The position numbers were made by a program, and so were the translations under genes. A stretch of DNA of 64,000 nt from Candidatus Woesearchaeota archaeon. GTDB taxonomy: Archaea > Nanobdellota > Nanobdellia > Woesearchaeales > GW2011-AR9. Below are positions 60,703 through 64,000 of this stretch, one piece after another. Position 1 is the first letter of the stretch. Each line of letters begins with the position of its first letter. Below the pieces are notes generated by a model. The model was not told the origin of the DNA. It was given only the letters and a program-made list of their open reading frames with translations, and searched no databases. The stretch lies in the NCBI GenBank assembly GCA_018657845.1, contig JABHWJ010000033.1, forward strand, positions 12,834-76,833, in the 5' to 3' direction.

Positions 60703-61312
60703 AAAAGCAAGAGAACGCATTAGCAAAGAAGACTCTTCGCATGACTTCGGTCATGCTCTTAGAGTTTTAGCTAATGCTGAATATATTGCTTCTATCGAAG
60801 GAGGAGACCTAGAAGTCATCATCCCCGCAGCCCTGTTCCATGACGTCGTAATCTATCCTAAAAACGATCCTCTCTCGAAATTGGCTGCCACTGAAAGTGC
60901 ACAAGTAGCCAAAGAGATCTTAGAAACTCTAGATTACCCTTCGGAGAAAATCCCCTTAGTGATGCAAGCGATTGAAGAACACTCCTATTCCAACGGGATT
61001 CAACCAGCCCTGCTAGAATCACGGATCATACAAGACGCCGACCGGTTAGAGATCACTGGAGCAATTGCCATCATGAGAACCTTTTCTTCCACCGGTCAAA
61101 TGCAAAGAAGATTCTATGACTTAGAAGATCCCTTTTGTAAACAAAGACTCCCTGGAAGTAAAGTATCAGCAATAGATTTCTTTTATACTAGACTAATGAA
61201 AGTAAACTTCCACACTTCGGCTGCCAAGAGATTAGCCAAGAAAAGAACCCCCTTTCTTCACCAATTCCTCAAACAACTTCAAAAAGAATTAACAGAAGTT
61301 CAAGAATCATAA
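60665..61312 (+). CDS. HD-domain phosphohydrolase (YedJ-like)
   Basis: HDFGHALRV, LFHD, QDADRL. Confidence 0.9.
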   Translation: MKKLKTMIQKLIKKARERISKEDSSHDFGHALRVLANAEYIASIEGGDLEVIIPAALFHDVVIYPKNDPLSKLAATESAQVAKEILETLDYPSEKIPLVMQAIEEHSYSNGIQPALLESRIIQDADRLEITGAIAIMRTFSSTGQMQRRFYDLEDPFCKQRLPGSKVSAIDFFYTRLMKVNFHTSAAKRLAKKRTPFLHQFLKQLQKELTEVQES

Positions 61313-61313
61313 A

Positions 61314-61402
61314 TGCCCTCACGAGGACTCGAACCCCGGTTACAGGCTTTCTGCTTTTTCTTCAACCGCAAGCCTGTGTCCTATCCACTAGACGATAAGG
61401 GC
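61314..61402 (-). tRNA. tRNA-Arg(GCG) with 17-nt intron at 37/38 (61349..61365)
   Basis: CAGGC-TT-GCG-G|intron|A-GCCTG; BHB helix TTGC/GCAG. Confidence 0.93.
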
Positions 61403-61517
61403 AATAACTTCTAGCAATCAGATTTCTTTAAAAAATTACCTGTTGTAGCATTCTCTCCCGCAGATGTTTATGATTTCTTTCCTCCAAAAACAAAAAAAAC
61501 TTAGGGAGGAAACTAAA

Positions 61518-61853
61518 ATGAAACTAGAAGCAATTGTAGAACACAGCAGGGATGAAAAATACATCGTTGCCCAAGTAACCAACGGAGAAAAACAAACCAA
61601 TGTCTTGGTATCTTTGCCATTTAACTACCACTCGAGTATTGCCAAAGTATATAGACAAAGATTACCCCCCAACAGCCAGATGGAAGTTCTTGGTGGAGGA
61701 ATCCTAGACATAAACCGCCAAAACAAGACCATCGAAACATATGGAACTAGTGGAAGCTTTGGAGCTCCGCCAATCGAATTGGTAAGAGAAATCCTAACAG
61801 AAAGCTTCCCGGATTACACCATCGATGCAAGAGTAACCAACTACATCAGATAA
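61518..61853 (+). CDS. Janus/Ocnus family protein (PHPT1-like phosphohistidine phosphatase)
   Basis: KYIV, YH..I, LGGG.L, KTIETYGTS..FG, FPDY; start after GGAGG RBS. Confidence 0.78.
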   Translation: MKLEAIVEHSRDEKYIVAQVTNGEKQTNVLVSLPFNYHSSIAKVYRQRLPPNSQMEVLGGGILDINRQNKTIETYGTSGSFGAPPIELVREILTESFPDYTIDARVTNYIR

Positions 61854-61865
61854 AAAATTTTCTTT

Positions 61866-62585
61866 TTATTTTTTCTTAGCATGCGCCCACATGAACTCGA
61901 AGTAACTTCGATAAGATTGAGCGGCAGCTTCATTCTCAATTATTACCCCTTCAGGTTCATCTGTCCAAATAATCAAAGCAATCTTATCTCCATAAATATT
62001 TGTTACTACTGGGCTTTTAACTTTCTTAGAAACATATCTAGTTCTTTTGGGATCAGAAGTCTTATTAGCACGATCTTCTCTGACAATTTCTCTAACAGAA
62101 ATCTGATTCTCTTTTAATTGACGAACAAATTGTTTTTGGTAAGCTGGCATTCTCTCTTCCAGCTGTGACTCATTACCAAAAACGATATTCTCTCCCTTAC
62201 CTTCCCTCAGAATATCCTGAAGGATTGTTCTTACACCTTTTAACCCCTTAAATAATCGTACCTGTCCTTGAACTTTACTAATCTTGTGTTGAGCTTCTAA
62301 CTCTGGAATTATCTCTTTAACATCTTCTTCTTGTTCTCTAATGTATTGTAATAATTTTTTTGGACCAGCTGATTGAAACCATTTTATTTTCCCAATTGAA
62401 ACATAACTAACTAATCCTTTCTCAATTAAACCCTTTAAAGAATTATAACAACTACTTCTATCAATCTTGGCTGATTTAGAAATTTTACCTGCCTTACTCT
62501 GCCCATGGCTATTCAACATCACATAAACTTTAATTTCATTTGGAGAAAACCCCAAATTCGCCAACACTTCTTCCGTTCTTGCCAT
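61866..62585 (-). CDS. TrmB family transcriptional regulator
   Basis: LGFSPNEIKVY..LIEKGLV HTH; IYGDKI..IIEN effector domain. Confidence 0.9.
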   Translation of the reverse strand: MARTEEVLANLGFSPNEIKVYVMLNSHGQSKAGKISKSAKIDRSSCYNSLKGLIEKGLVSYVSIGKIKWFQSAGPKKLLQYIREQEEDVKEIIPELEAQHKISKVQGQVRLFKGLKGVRTILQDILREGKGENIVFGNESQLEERMPAYQKQFVRQLKENQISVREIVREDRANKTSDPKRTRYVSKKVKSPVVTNIYGDKIALIIWTDEPEGVIIENEAAAQSYRSYFEFMWAHAKKK

Positions 62586-62612
62586 AATAAACAAAATATA
62601 TCTCATTTATTT

Positions 62613-62649
62613 AAATCTTTCTGTTGTAGTGGATTCTACAACAAGATTT
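62613..62649. promoter_or_regulatory. Inverted repeat in divergent TrmB / 62703 promoter
   Basis: AAATCT..TGTTGTAG-TGGATT-CTACAACA-AGATTT. Confidence 0.6.
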
Positions 62650-62702
62650 GATATAAAAAGTAAAAAATTAGTCTTCTTGGCGCAAAGCTGGAGGAAACTA
62701 AA

Positions 62703-63329
62703 GTGAGACAAAAATTAAAGAAAGGACTAGCAACATTAGCACTTGCTGTAACTTTGGCTTCTCCTTTTTCTGCAAAAGCAGAGGGAGCAGTTGAGTTAAT
62801 GGTTGGTAATAAAGCACATACCTTGGATGTTAAGCTCTTTGGAAATGTGGCTGAGAACACGGGTCTCTTAGCACGAACAAGAGTGGGAGTGGATTACGAA
62901 AACAATTCCAATTCACTAACTTTCTTAGATATTTACCAATCTCTTGGCAAAGGCTTTAGTGCGGCCTTGGTACCTCAGTACACCCCAGCCAAAGGGTTGG
63001 TTATAATGGCCGGGCCACAATATATGGGGAGATGGAAAGATTTGAGCACGGTTGTTCTTCTAGCCACTAGCTTGGAAGAGAATCCAAGTTATAATCTCAT
63101 AACTTCAACTAGTTACAGACCAAAACTAACTTCTGACCTAAACTTTGCCGCTCAACTTGAAACAACTAATATTTTCAACAACGAAGGGCATGTCTTTAGC
63201 ACCGAAAGAGTGAGACTCGGACTAGCGAAGAATGGTTTTGAAGCAGGGGTTGCTGCAGACATAACCCAAACAGGAAAAGAAGGAACCTTGGATTATAATC
63301 TGGGGGCTTACTTGAAAAAAGGGTTTTAG
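62703..63329 (+). CDS. Exported beta-strand-rich protein (beta-barrel-like)
   Basis: Sec signal ending AKA; alternating amphipathic strands; C-terminal YNLGAYLKKGF. Confidence 0.65.
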   Translation: MRQKLKKGLATLALAVTLASPFSAKAEGAVELMVGNKAHTLDVKLFGNVAENTGLLARTRVGVDYENNSNSLTFLDIYQSLGKGFSAALVPQYTPAKGLVIMAGPQYMGRWKDLSTVVLLATSLEENPSYNLITSTSYRPKLTSDLNFAAQLETTNIFNNEGHVFSTERVRLGLAKNGFEAGVAADITQTGKEGTLDYNLGAYLKKGF

Positions 63330-63349
63330 ATAAACGGAGGAAATGAAAA

Positions 63350-63568
63350 ATGAAACAAAACGAAGACATGGAACAAAGAGTGAAAAATTTATTCAAAGGA
63401 GTAAAAGCAACAAACAACAACAGCTTGAAAAGTAAACTAACTGTGGAAGCAGGGGATCTGAGAAGAGAACAATACCTTACTGAAGAAAATCCACGAGCGA
63501 GAGCCAACTACCAAAGACTAGCCCGTAACTGCTACTTCGCAGCTAGAAATTTTCATTATAAGAATTAG
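63350..63568 (+). CDS. Hypothetical protein
   Basis: 72-aa ORF with GGAGG RBS. Confidence 0.55.
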   Translation: MKQNEDMEQRVKNLFKGVKATNNNSLKSKLTVEAGDLRREQYLTEENPRARANYQRLARNCYFAARNFHYKN

Positions 63569-63581
63569 AGGGAAAACTAAA

Positions 63582-64000
63582 ATGGAAATTGAGAAAGTAG
63601 GGAATTTGTTAAGAGAAAATGGTGTTCCTGAGTTTCGTTTTCTCTTAGCGGAAAGACTGGGAACTATTGAAAACCCTAAGGTCTTGGAGTCAGTGATTAA
63701 GAAGGGGGTTGAAGTGATTGAAGAAAGAAAATATGTGGGCGAGCATTTGCTTTTATGTTCTCCAGAGATTCTTGTTCCTTGTGGACTAGAAGGATATTTA
63801 ACGACTGCGGATGAATGTAAAGAACTTTCAAAATATTCTGGTCCTTGGGGACATCACTATGGCCCTGAAATGGGGTCTCATGAACCTGGAACAATGTTGG
63901 CAGAAAAAAGTCCAAAGATTTTAGAAAACTTTGGGATAGAAGGAATGCAACAGGTTTCGGAACTTGCCAAGAGAACTGGAAAAATGGCAGGGCATGGGGA
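63582..64000 (+). CDS. Hypothetical protein, runs off the window end
   Basis: ATG after GAGGG RBS; open frame MEIEKVGNLLRENG... to position 64000 (absent from the ORF track). Confidence 0.65.
   Translation, partial: MEIEKVGNLLRENGVPEFRFLLAERLGTIENPKVLESVIKKGVEVIEERKYVGEHLLLCSPEILVPCGLEGYLTTADECKELSKYSGPWGHHYGPEMGSHEPGTMLAEKSPKILENFGIEGMQQVSELAKRTGKMAGHG

Noticed and set aside
59002..61402. Integrated element at tRNA-Arg
   Set aside because: No duplicated tRNA 3' end and no integrase seen
62613..62649. Resemblance of CTGTTGTAG/CTACAACA to Cas12a-type repeats
   Set aside because: No regularly spaced array and no cas gene; kept only as an operator-like palindrome

Overview
AT-rich archaeal chromosome segment, most consistent with a DPANN (Woesearchaeota-like) genome. 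The basis is archaeal EF-1alpha/EF-2, RpoE'/Spt4, S24e/S27ae/L24e/S28e/L7Ae, proteasome beta, aCPSF1, class I CCA enzyme, a short AlaRS, TATA-type promoters and intron-containing tRNAs. Housekeeping genes are interleaved with one- or two-gene accessory insertions, and I see no integrase, transposase or CRISPR array. There are five tRNA genes, four with introns, including a 46-nt intron in the T-loop of tRNA-Ser(GGA). Main observations: (1) a translationally coupled PIN ribonuclease + Rnl2-type RNA ligase pair, a candidate RNA cut/repair system; (2) a eukaryote-like Janus/Ocnus (PHPT1) phosphohistidine phosphatase homologue; (3) a phospholipase D gene followed by two decayed copies of its own 3' end, each separated by a convergent accessory gene, suggesting serial cassette capture; (4) a K-turn, an alternative hairpin and an 11-aa uORF in the L7Ae leader; (5) an 11-14 bp motif (TAGAATGAAAC) recurring as direct and inverted repeats at accessory-gene junctions; (6) a beta-barrel-like exported protein; (7) degenerate UppS, PGK and mini-Dph2 homologues. 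All product calls come from motif recognition by eye; no database search was run.
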